NCBI GenBank assembly: GCA_964386355.1
Contig: CAYLQQ010000003.1
Coordinates: forward strand, 69,880 to 133,879
DNA: 64,000 nt
Origin: an uncultured Pseudomonadales bacterium
Lineage (GTDB): Bacteria; Patescibacteriota; Microgenomatia; UBA1400; UBA1449
Reading direction: 5' to 3'
The first letter of the stretch is position 1. Every line of letters begins with the position of its first letter. The position numbers were made by a program, and so were the translations under genes. Shown one piece after another: positions 36,358-45,217 of the stretch. Below the pieces are notes generated by a model that worked only from the letters and a program-made list of their open reading frames with translations, was not told where the DNA came from and did no database searches.

Positions 36358-38586
36358 TTAAAACAAACTGAGTTGGTCTTCATTGATAACTTTCTTTTTG
36401 ATTGGGCTATTGAGCTTTGATAAACCCAAACTGCGATAGGTTCGTAAGCGTTTATAGTACATGATTTTTAACATTGGCACCTGGTCATCAAAATAATCAT
36501 GAACCACTGCTTGAGTTTTTCCTTCATATGGCCGCTGGACCCGGCCAATATTCTGGATCAATTTCCCCTTCCAGGAAAACGGAAAGGCTAAGAATAGGTG
36601 CGAGACTTCGGGCCAATCAAAACCTTCTCCAATTAGTTTACCGGTAGCAATTAGCAGTTGAAAACGGTCCTGATGTAATCTTTTAGCAATCCGTTCCCGT
36701 TGCTTTTTCGTCATAATACCTGTTGCAACCGCGGCATGAACACCTTTGATCTTTTGGCGAGTCATTTCAAGTAAGGTTTTACAGTGTTCCAGACGTTCGG
36801 ATAGTACCAAACACTTAGCTCCAGTAGCCAAAACAGCGGCAATATCAGTGACAATTTGCTCGTTTCGCTCTTTATCGGCAATTACTAACCGGCTTGCCTC
36901 CTGAAAATCCTCACATTTCGTATTCCCTTTGAATTGTGTTTTACGAGTAACCAATTGAGTTTCGATAGTAGGATTGATCTGAGTAGTTTTCTGTCCAGCT
37001 TCAGGTTCGGCAGTAACGATCTGATCTGATAGGTAGTAATACATTAACTTGTCTAGTTTATCTTTTCGATAGGCGGTAGCCGATAAACCCAATACATATT
37101 TAGCTGGAAATTGCTTAACTACCTGACTAAAGGTATTTGCTGGAACATGGTGGCATTCATCAATAATGACTAGTCCAAAGTCATTCTTAATTTCCTCTAT
37201 TCCTCTTCTGAAAAGAGTCATATAGGAAGCAATAGTGATCTTTTTCCCAACTTTCCATTTATTATCACCAATCAAACCAATGTCGTCCTTTGAAAGCTTG
37301 AAGTAATCACTAATTCGTTTATGCCACTGTTGAAGTAAAGTGTTGGTATGAACAATGATTAATGTCCTTTGCCGTAATTTTTTCATTAAAGCCAAAGCGA
37401 CCATAGTTTTGCCAAATCCAGGATTAGCATTTAAGATTACCCGGTTATACCCAATCAATTGTTTCAGGACTTTTTGCTGATCTTTCCTTAAAATAAGTTT
37501 TGAAGGAAAACTCGTGGTTTTTGTGGTGACCCTCTGATCATCAAAGGTAACTTTTAAATGTTCTTGCTGTGCAAAAGCAATTGTTTTCTCTAAAAAGCCT
37601 ATTGGTGCCAAAATCCCTTCAGGTTGAATTTCGAGAGTCTTAATAAATCGGGGAGTTTGCCAGGTTGAATAACCCAGACGTTCTTTTTCATAGAACTCAG
37701 GATTAGGAAAGTTGAGTTCCTGCTTCAGATATCGGTAGAGTTTATCCGGAAACCAAACGTTCGGAATAAATATACCAGAACTTAAGATTAATTTAGTTTC
37801 CTGCCCTTGAGTGGTAATAACTTTCTCACCGGCTTCAATTGATCCAACATCATCAAGGATGTTTTCGGCTTTCTCTGATTGAGTTTGAGAGGTCATTGTA
37901 ATTGGCTGGATTACAGGTATCTTCAAAATACTATCAATCCTACTGATAGCTATCTTTTTAACGCTGCCCAATATTTTCCACTGATCAGGAAATACCTTAC
38001 CCTCTTCATCAATGAAAGCGGTATACCCCTGTTTTAGGAACTGACCACAAAGAGGCAGGCAAATCAAGTTACCATAACCTTTGCCGGTATGCTCATCAGC
38101 GCTGGGAAACATCCGGTCAAAGGTATGCCGGTTAGTAATCCCGGCTTGGGATAAGAAATATTTACCCAATTGTCTGGCTTTATACCCCTCAACCAATTTC
38201 TCAAAGAAGAACCATAAGTGAGAACCGTTGCCGGATTTTGACCGTTCAATTAAATACGGTAAGTCATAGGTTCGAGCAATATCAGTTACTTTCCTAGTAG
38301 CTTCAAGCCAATTTTGACCATCAAAGTCAAAAGCTAAAAAGGCAGTCGTATTATCCGGAAACAATGGGTAAACACCAATAACCTCTTTGCCTGTCAGATG
38401 AGATTCAATAACCTGATCTGTTAATGCTTGAGGTTGGTGGTTTATAGAGTATACCGGTGTATAACCCGACTTTTTGCCAGAGTAATCTACCCAAAACCTG
38501 GCAAAAACATCCGTTCTAGTCCTAAAAAGTGACCGGGCTAGGTTAATTTGCTCTAAAGTAATAGGATTTCCCATAGAATTACCCAA
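36358..38586 (-). CDS. Fusion of a bifunctional primase-polymerase (AEP/Prim-Pol) N-terminal domain and a C-terminal SF2 helicase (DEAD/ResIII + HelicC)
   Basis: AEP motifs hLtGkeviGvY, AFDFDG and SGNGSHLWFFF. Helicase Walker A NPGFGKT and DExH box VIIDECHH. Confidence 0.65.
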   Translation of the reverse strand: MGNSMGNPITLEQINLARSLFRTRTDVFARFWVDYSGKKSGYTPVYSINHQPQALTDQVIESHLTGKEVIGVYPLFPDNTTAFLAFDFDGQNWLEATRKVTDIARTYDLPYLIERSKSGNGSHLWFFFEKLVEGYKARQLGKYFLSQAGITNRHTFDRMFPSADEHTGKGYGNLICLPLCGQFLKQGYTAFIDEEGKVFPDQWKILGSVKKIAISRIDSILKIPVIQPITMTSQTQSEKAENILDDVGSIEAGEKVITTQGQETKLILSSGIFIPNVWFPDKLYRYLKQELNFPNPEFYEKERLGYSTWQTPRFIKTLEIQPEGILAPIGFLEKTIAFAQQEHLKVTFDDQRVTTKTTSFPSKLILRKDQQKVLKQLIGYNRVILNANPGFGKTMVALALMKKLRQRTLIIVHTNTLLQQWHKRISDYFKLSKDDIGLIGDNKWKVGKKITIASYMTLFRRGIEEIKNDFGLVIIDECHHVPANTFSQVVKQFPAKYVLGLSATAYRKDKLDKLMYYYLSDQIVTAEPEAGQKTTQINPTIETQLVTRKTQFKGNTKCEDFQEASRLVIADKERNEQIVTDIAAVLATGAKCLVLSERLEHCKTLLEMTRQKIKGVHAAVATGIMTKKQRERIAKRLHQDRFQLLIATGKLIGEGFDWPEVSHLFLAFPFSWKGKLIQNIGRVQRPYEGKTQAVVHDYFDDQVPMLKIMYYKRLRTYRSLGLSKLNSPIKKKVINEDQLSLF

Positions 38587-38607
38587 TATTATACCCTATC
38601 ATATAGA

Positions 38608-38665
38608 AGTTTCCTTGACAGAAGGAAACTTATAGTGCATACTTTCCTTTGTACAAGGAAACTTT
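38608..38665. promoter_or_regulatory. Two adjacent operator-like sites in the divergent promoter between the PrimPol-helicase and the AAA ATPase: a perfect inverted repeat, then a TTGTACAA-centred imperfect palindrome; both carry AAGGAAACTT
   Basis: AGTTTCCTT-gacag-AAGGAAACT (38608-38630) and TTTCCTTTGTACAAGGAAACTT (38643-38664). Confidence 0.45.
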
Positions 38666-38696
38666 GTTAATAAATTTCCTAGTACTTAGCTTACCT

Positions 38697-39986
38697 ATGG
38701 CCGATAAAGACATCCTTAAAACCATTATTACAGATAACCAGCAGCGCGTACTCCCCGAAGTTTGGAAGCGGAGTCTAGAGATACCGCTTGAAAGTAGCAA
38801 GATCATTACCTTAAGCGGAGTTAGACGGAGTGGGAAAACGTATCACCTTTTCAACCTCATGAGCCAATTGAAAAATCAGGGAGTAGAAGCTAAACGTATT
38901 CTGTATATTAATTTTGAAGATGAGCGGCTACGCTTATCTGTTGATGAATTGGATTTAATCATTCAAGCTTACCAGGAATTATACCCGGATTTAAAACTAT
39001 CTGAGTGTTATTTTTTCTTTGATGAAATCCAGGAAATTGAAGGTTGGGAAAAATTTATCGCCAGAATCTATGCTTCAATCAGTCAGCATGTTTTTATTAC
39101 CGGTTCAAATGCTAAATTATTATCCAGAGAAATTGCCACCGCTTTACGTGGCCGGACCCTAACGTTTGAAATTTATCCTTTATCATTTACAGAATTTGTT
39201 AAGGTAATATCTCCTGGGTTAAGCCCTTATAGCAGCGCTGACAAAGCCAAGTTAGCGAGCCTGTTTGACCAGTTTCTATGCCAGGGAGGTTTTCCCGAAA
39301 TAATAAAACAGGAAGATAGCTTAAAAGAAAAAGTCTTACAGGAATACTTTAATGTCATGGTCTTTAGGGACTTAATTGAACGCTACCAAATTTCTCAAGC
39401 GACAATTTTGAAATATTTCTGTAAACGGGTAGTGGGGGCTAGTGGCGGAGAATTTAGTGTCAATAAAATCTTTAATGAGCTAAAATCTCAGGGATATCAG
39501 GTGGGAAAAGACACTTTGTATGACTATCAAGGGTACGTGGATGCCATTTATTTAAACCGGTTTATTCCCAGGTACTCACATTCGGTCGTTAAAGCTGAAA
39601 GCTCCCAAAAGAAAACGTATGTGATTGATCAGGGGCTTGGAGTGGCTCTAGATTATAAATTTGCCCAGGATAGAGGAAGACTACTGGAGACTACGGTTGC
39701 TTTAGAGATATTAAAACAAGGTAAGCAGATTGCCTATCAGCAAAATGGCAGTGAATGTGATTTTGTCACAATAGAAAAAGGTGCTGTTACCTCAGCTATA
39801 CAAGTGGCTGCTCAGCTAAGTGATTCTAAAACCAGAGAAAGGGAAATAAAAGGGTTAGTCCAAACCTGTCAGAAATTTAATTTGCCAGAAGGTAGTATAA
39901 TTACTTTTGACCAGATAGAACAACTGGAACAAGATGGTATTCATGTTCAGATAATGCCTGCTTGGCAATGTTTTCTGAAAGTTTAG
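38697..39986 (+). CDS. AAA+ ATPase of the DUF4143/AAA_14 family
   Basis: Walker A GVRRSGKTY and Walker B-like YFFFDEIQ, with the C-terminal DUF4143 region. The start is moved to the ATG at 38697 (MADKDIL), downstream of the palindromes. Confidence 0.6.
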   Translation: MADKDILKTIITDNQQRVLPEVWKRSLEIPLESSKIITLSGVRRSGKTYHLFNLMSQLKNQGVEAKRILYINFEDERLRLSVDELDLIIQAYQELYPDLKLSECYFFFDEIQEIEGWEKFIARIYASISQHVFITGSNAKLLSREIATALRGRTLTFEIYPLSFTEFVKVISPGLSPYSSADKAKLASLFDQFLCQGGFPEIIKQEDSLKEKVLQEYFNVMVFRDLIERYQISQATILKYFCKRVVGASGGEFSVNKIFNELKSQGYQVGKDTLYDYQGYVDAIYLNRFIPRYSHSVVKAESSQKKTYVIDQGLGVALDYKFAQDRGRLLETTVALEILKQGKQIAYQQNGSECDFVTIEKGAVTSAIQVAAQLSDSKTREREIKGLVQTCQKFNLPEGSIITFDQIEQLEQDGIHVQIMPAWQCFLKV

Positions 39987-40096
39987 GAATTAGAATTTAG
40001 TGGTGAATAAATAGCTTCTAAGGATATGGAATTCTCCAAAACCCAAGTTCTAACTTTGTAACAAGTGTACCACCATCTTTCGCTTCTTACACTTCT

Positions 40097-41512
40097 TTGT
40101 TACTATCCCACAGTATGAAGTTCCAATTGCCAGACAAACTCACCTTTGTCGATATCGAAACTACCGGTTGCCATCCCCAAAAAGACAGAATTATTGAGAT
40201 TGGCATATTGCGCGTGGAAGATAATACGCTCGTCCAAAGTTACCAAACGCTTCTCAACCCCCAAACCCATATCTCACCCTTTATCGAGGACCTGACGGGA
40301 ATAAAAGCTACTGATCTGGAACAAGCACCTCTTTTTGAAGATATTCACCACGAACTATTTGACATATTAGATGAATCGGTATTTGTTGCCCATAATGTCA
40401 GGTTTGATTATGGGTTTATACGTAATGAATTTTTACGGTTAGGTAAAAAGTTCAGTGCTGATCATTTTTGTACAGCCAGGCTCTCCAAATCATTGTACCC
40501 ACAATATTCCAGGCATAACCTGGATGAGTTGATGCATAGGTTTGGTTTTGTATGTGAGAGTAGGCATCGGGCATTTGATGATGCTAAGGTATTGTGGGAT
40601 TTTTATCAGCTGGTACAAAAGCAGATCGACAAGGAGCATCTCATCAAGGCAGTGATGATTGGTTTAAAAAAACCAACCATCCCAATCAATTTAAACGAAT
40701 CAGTTCTCAAAGATATTCCTGATTGCCCGGGCGTTTACATTTTTTATGGCCAAAACGGTATGCCGATATACGTTGGGAAAAGTAAGCACTTACATGACCG
40801 GGTTTGCTCCCACTTTAGCGCCGATTACCTCTCGAGTAAAGACATGAAACTGAGCCAGCAGGTGTTTTCTATTGAGATACGCGAAACTGCGGGAGAGTTA
40901 GGGGCGTTACTTCTCGAGTCAAAGCTGGTCAAGCAACTGATGCCTATTTACAACCGCATGCTGCGCAAAGCACGTACACTCATTTTACTGAAACGCACAC
41001 AAAATGAGGATGGGTACTATACGATCTCAATCGGAGAAGCATTGGAAGTAAAACCCGATGAGATACCGGATATCATGGGAGTTTTCAGATCCAAACTTCA
41101 GGCGATCGACTTTCTTGTCAACATTACCAAAGAACACCGATTGTGCCAAAAGCTGTTGGGTTTGGAAAAGAGTGCCAAAAGCTGTTTTGGCTACCAGCTT
41201 AAGACTTGTAAGGGCGCATGTCTGGGTAAAGAAAAACCAGCTAGTTACAATGTTCGGTTAATGGACGCGCTGTCCAAAACTAAACTGCATAGCTGGCCAT
41301 TTGGGGGACCAATTGAGATTATTGAGGAGAACGAAGAATTGAATAGAAAAGATGTTTTTTTGATTGATAATTGGTGTATTGTCAAAACTACAGTCTTCAA
41401 TGGTGAAGTAAAAACAGATGCGTTCCAAAAGAAGCTTGATGTAGATGTGTACAGAATTTTAAAACGGCATGTATACCGCACCCAATCATATATACATTCT
41501 CATTCTGCATAA
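40097..41512 (+). CDS. DnaQ-like DEDDh 3'-5' exonuclease fused to a UvrC/Cho-like GIY-YIG nuclease domain (Cho-like excinuclease)
   Basis: Exo I FVDIETTG, Exo III HRAFDDAKV, and GIY-YIG GVYIFYGQNGMPIYVGKSKHLHDRVCSHF. Confidence 0.6.
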   Translation: MLLSHSMKFQLPDKLTFVDIETTGCHPQKDRIIEIGILRVEDNTLVQSYQTLLNPQTHISPFIEDLTGIKATDLEQAPLFEDIHHELFDILDESVFVAHNVRFDYGFIRNEFLRLGKKFSADHFCTARLSKSLYPQYSRHNLDELMHRFGFVCESRHRAFDDAKVLWDFYQLVQKQIDKEHLIKAVMIGLKKPTIPINLNESVLKDIPDCPGVYIFYGQNGMPIYVGKSKHLHDRVCSHFSADYLSSKDMKLSQQVFSIEIRETAGELGALLLESKLVKQLMPIYNRMLRKARTLILLKRTQNEDGYYTISIGEALEVKPDEIPDIMGVFRSKLQAIDFLVNITKEHRLCQKLLGLEKSAKSCFGYQLKTCKGACLGKEKPASYNVRLMDALSKTKLHSWPFGGPIEIIEENEELNRKDVFLIDNWCIVKTTVFNGEVKTDAFQKKLDVDVYRILKRHVYRTQSYIHSHSA

Positions 41513-41559
41513 ATCCAACTTCCTTTATTCTTTGTCTCTCAACCTTTATACTAAATCTA

Positions 41560-43395
41560 ATGCCCAATTCCGCACAACTGGTTCCGCTGTGGGTCCGTTT
41601 TGCTACAGGAGAGAAACTTACTGGACTCAATGCTCTATCTCTTTTGTATCTACGCACTCAGGATACCGACTACGGTGGTGGGGATTTTGGCAGCCTGTAT
41701 AAACTAATAGATATTACTAGAGAAAATGGCTTATCTAGTATTCAACTTCTACCGCTTTTTGATACCGCGGAATATTCCAGCCCATATATGCCAGTCAGTT
41801 TTTTTGCGCTCAATCCAATTTATCTTTGGGTTGATGACCCCCTATTTGAAGGTTTGGGGGAAAAGCTAAGACAGGAACAAATACAGTGGGTTGACCAGCA
41901 GATTCCCCAATATGTTTTGTACGGGAAATTACGCCAGTTTAAGCTTGATGTGCTCAATCTTGCCTATGGGAAGCTGAAAACCATTCCTGAGTTTGAAACG
42001 TATAAAAAAGAGTGCAGGAGAGATACTCGTACCTGGGCTGAATTTTGCGCTTTTAAAGAGACTCATACGGGTGATTGGCAAAAGTGGCCAAAAACAACCG
42101 GTACAAACTCCAAACGGGTCGACTTTTACCTTTTTGTACAGTGGATTTTAGGAAGACAGTTGCAGTATATAAAACAGTATGCTGAACAAAGAGGTGTATA
42201 TATATGTTTGGACCGCCCGCTATATCCCCAAGTACAAAGCAGTGATGCATGGTCCAGGCAGGAACTGTTTTATTTAAAACCAGATGGATATCCGCAGTAT
42301 GTTTCGGGCTGCAGTAATCCCCAGGATCCGTTTGGTGACCAGGTTTGGGGACATGCAGTATATGATTTTAATACCCACGAACCTAAGATCAGAAGTTGGT
42401 TTGAAGATAGCATTGAGTATATGGTGCAGTTTTGTGATGCGGTGCGCCTCGATCATGTATTAGCTTTGATATGGAAATACTACCTAATAGATCCTCAAAC
42501 AAGTAGGGGTGAGCATAGAGTAGCTCAGGGACGGCGCTTGCTCGAGGACCTTGTGTGCAAATTTCCTCACACGTTCTTTATAGCTGAAGAAACAGGCTAT
42601 GAAAGTGAGGAAGCCGTTGATAAGCCCTTGAGAGAAATTGGGATGTCCGGTGTGCGCTGTATTCAATGGACAACAGAGAGAAACTACGATGTTTTATCAT
42701 ATCCACGTGCAAGTGTTGCGTATACTTCAACTCACGATTCCCAGCCACTTGTCACATGGTTCTCACAAAAAAGACAAACAGATAAAAGTTTGTGGTTACA
42801 AAAAATACGTGCACCATCTTCAATATCTGCTTTTCAGTTGCGCACGTCATTGATACATTCGGTTTTAACGTCCCCGGCACAGTTGTGTATGATCAATATT
42901 ATGGATATTCTGGGTGATACGCGGCGGCTGAATACGCCGGCCACTTCGGATGCTGACAACTGGAAGCTGCGTATGTTGCGTCCACTTGAGAAGGTAAAGT
43001 ATGGAAGTATCACAAATCATTCTAGTTCTGTGAACACGAGCGGAGCAGACCCCCAATCAGCTTATATGACACCCTCATATCCGAGGGTACTACACCTTGA
43101 TAATAATAGTAATTTCTCATTTTACATTGCTTCAAAAAATAAATTTGAGTATATCCAAATACATACAAACTTGCCAGAAATAAGCAAAGATAAAAAGTGG
43201 AGCGTGACCACTATACATGCATCTGAAATTAAACCAATCAAGATGGGGGATTATTATATTTGGAACATATCTATTTCAAAGACCTCCCTTACTGTACCAG
43301 GAACGTATGAGCTAGCTGTTAGCATCAAGTACGAAAATGGCGAATACACGTATCTTCAGAGCATGGGAAAGAATCTGAAAATCAATATATTGTAA
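41560..43395 (+). CDS. malQ: 4-alpha-glucanotransferase (amylomaltase, GH77) with a C-terminal extension
   Basis: LLPLFDTAEYSSPY, WGHAVYDF and ETGYESEEAVD resemble GH77 blocks. Confidence 0.75.
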   Translation: MPNSAQLVPLWVRFATGEKLTGLNALSLLYLRTQDTDYGGGDFGSLYKLIDITRENGLSSIQLLPLFDTAEYSSPYMPVSFFALNPIYLWVDDPLFEGLGEKLRQEQIQWVDQQIPQYVLYGKLRQFKLDVLNLAYGKLKTIPEFETYKKECRRDTRTWAEFCAFKETHTGDWQKWPKTTGTNSKRVDFYLFVQWILGRQLQYIKQYAEQRGVYICLDRPLYPQVQSSDAWSRQELFYLKPDGYPQYVSGCSNPQDPFGDQVWGHAVYDFNTHEPKIRSWFEDSIEYMVQFCDAVRLDHVLALIWKYYLIDPQTSRGEHRVAQGRRLLEDLVCKFPHTFFIAEETGYESEEAVDKPLREIGMSGVRCIQWTTERNYDVLSYPRASVAYTSTHDSQPLVTWFSQKRQTDKSLWLQKIRAPSSISAFQLRTSLIHSVLTSPAQLCMINIMDILGDTRRLNTPATSDADNWKLRMLRPLEKVKYGSITNHSSSVNTSGADPQSAYMTPSYPRVLHLDNNSNFSFYIASKNKFEYIQIHTNLPEISKDKKWSVTTIHASEIKPIKMGDYYIWNISISKTSLTVPGTYELAVSIKYENGEYTYLQSMGKNLKINIL

Positions 43396-43407
43396 GCTAT
43401 TCAAAAT

Positions 43408-44139
43408 ATGTATAATTACAGTATGAAGCTTCGGAAACTTAAACTATTTATTCATAAGTTTTTCCTCTGGAAAAAAACGATCCCCACTGCAAGCCTTTTG
43501 TTATTTGCTGTTTTTGTGTTAGTACTTTTTTTCATCACTCAAGGTATGCGGCAAAAGAAGCAGGTCGCACAACAACCAAAAGGTATAGTGTTTGAAACTT
43601 TTTGGGAGATACTGCAAACTGAAAGTAAAAACTTTTTAAACGGAAGTGATTTGTATATTGCCGGTATTGAAGTAGTAAATTCAGGACAGTTTGTCAGGAG
43701 AGCTGGAAGATCCGCCATATGGCAGGCAAAAATAGTCCGCTGTGAGCAATTTTTTACCCAGCCAACAGAAGAAGACCAAAATAAGCTAAGTTGTGCAGGT
43801 CAGTCAGCGCTAGCAAGCATTGCCGACCCGGAAGCAACTAATTTATCTGGAAATCTTACTATTCAAGCTGACGAAATTCCGTTTTTGGGCACTGTAGTCA
43901 AAGCCTCAGATATCGTAATCGGTCCAAGTGTGGCTGAAGATACTGCAAATAAGCACGTCAACTATTCAGTTACTAAAACAGATGACTACTACTACAAACT
44001 GGTCATCAATCCTACAACCTTAAGACCTCTCTGGCAGATTGCTAAACAATGCAGTATACAGGCTAGGCAGGAAAAAACGTGCGATTCCTCGGAAGATTGG
44101 GTCGTTTTAGTTGATGCTACCTCCGGACAAACTCTCTGA
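43408..44139 (+). CDS. Hypothetical exported/membrane-anchored protein
   Basis: N-terminal TM; 243 aa. Confidence 0.35.
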   Translation: MYNYSMKLRKLKLFIHKFFLWKKTIPTASLLLFAVFVLVLFFITQGMRQKKQVAQQPKGIVFETFWEILQTESKNFLNGSDLYIAGIEVVNSGQFVRRAGRSAIWQAKIVRCEQFFTQPTEEDQNKLSCAGQSALASIADPEATNLSGNLTIQADEIPFLGTVVKASDIVIGPSVAEDTANKHVNYSVTKTDDYYYKLVINPTTLRPLWQIAKQCSIQARQEKTCDSSEDWVVLVDATSGQTL

Positions 44140-44151
44140 TACACTCAAACC

Positions 44152-44820
44152 ATGAAGCCCAATATTAACCACCTGATAAAAATCATATCTCAAATCAATA
44201 CTAGTACTGAACCGGTTGTTGAGATTGGATCATTTCAAGTTCCAGGGCAAGAGCACTATGCCAATTTACGTCCATATTTTGAGGGCAAGCAATACATTGG
44301 CTGCGATATGAGAAAAGGCATGGGTGTTGACCGTATTGAAAATATTGAAAAACTAAGCTTTAAGGATAACTCTGTAGGAACACTGCTCTGTTTAGAAACA
44401 TATGAACATGTGTGGGATATTTTTAAGGCAACTTCAGAAGTAATGCGAGTTTTGAAACCAGGGGGATTACTTGTGTTAAGTACAGTATTTAATCATCCCA
44501 TTCATGACCACCCATCTGATTATTGGCGTTTTACACCCGAGTCTTTGAACCAACTGTATAAAGCACTTAACCCACGACTGGTTGGATGGGAGGGTGAACC
44601 GGAAAACCCGCATACTGTTTTTATAGTAGGGTATAAGCATGGAGATAAAAAACAATCTGCTATTCTTAAAACAATCGCTCAAGCATATACGCAGTATTTT
44701 GATACGAAACCTTCCGAGTCCTTGAGACTACAGCTTCGCAAATGGCGCCACCAACCCATGCAGCAGATACGAAAACATATATCTGTCAAAGAAGAATTTA
44801 ACTTTAGCCTCAACAGTTGA
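44152..44820 (+). CDS. Class I SAM-dependent methyltransferase
   Basis: VVEIGSF...GCD (motif I-like) and VLKPGGLLVLS (motif post II/III). Confidence 0.55.
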   Translation: MKPNINHLIKIISQINTSTEPVVEIGSFQVPGQEHYANLRPYFEGKQYIGCDMRKGMGVDRIENIEKLSFKDNSVGTLLCLETYEHVWDIFKATSEVMRVLKPGGLLVLSTVFNHPIHDHPSDYWRFTPESLNQLYKALNPRLVGWEGEPENPHTVFIVGYKHGDKKQSAILKTIAQAYTQYFDTKPSESLRLQLRKWRHQPMQQIRKHISVKEEFNFSLNS

Positions 44821-45217
44821 CAACTAGCTTAAATTATTCATCTATATAGCCAATTAAACTCACACATACATACTTGTAACAATCTCAGTTATGGTTGGAT
44901 TTTTTTATAATACCCTTCAAGAGCTTGTTGATCAATGCCTAAGTAAGAGTTGAAACAACCAAAGAATTGGTTTACCAATTCTGATTACTCTTCACATAGC
45001 TTTGCACTCAATAATATCTTTATTGGTAAGTTTCTCGTAGCATCAATCAAGCATGATGATTTATTTAGGTATGTATAACTCTCATCAATAATTGCCTTCG
45101 AAGAATTAAATCTAATAATTAATATATCAGTTTATATATCCCTGCTATAATCACGCTATACCTCCTGTTCCGATATATTGGAAATGTAGGTATTTTTATC
45201 ACATTTATAAGGCGCTA

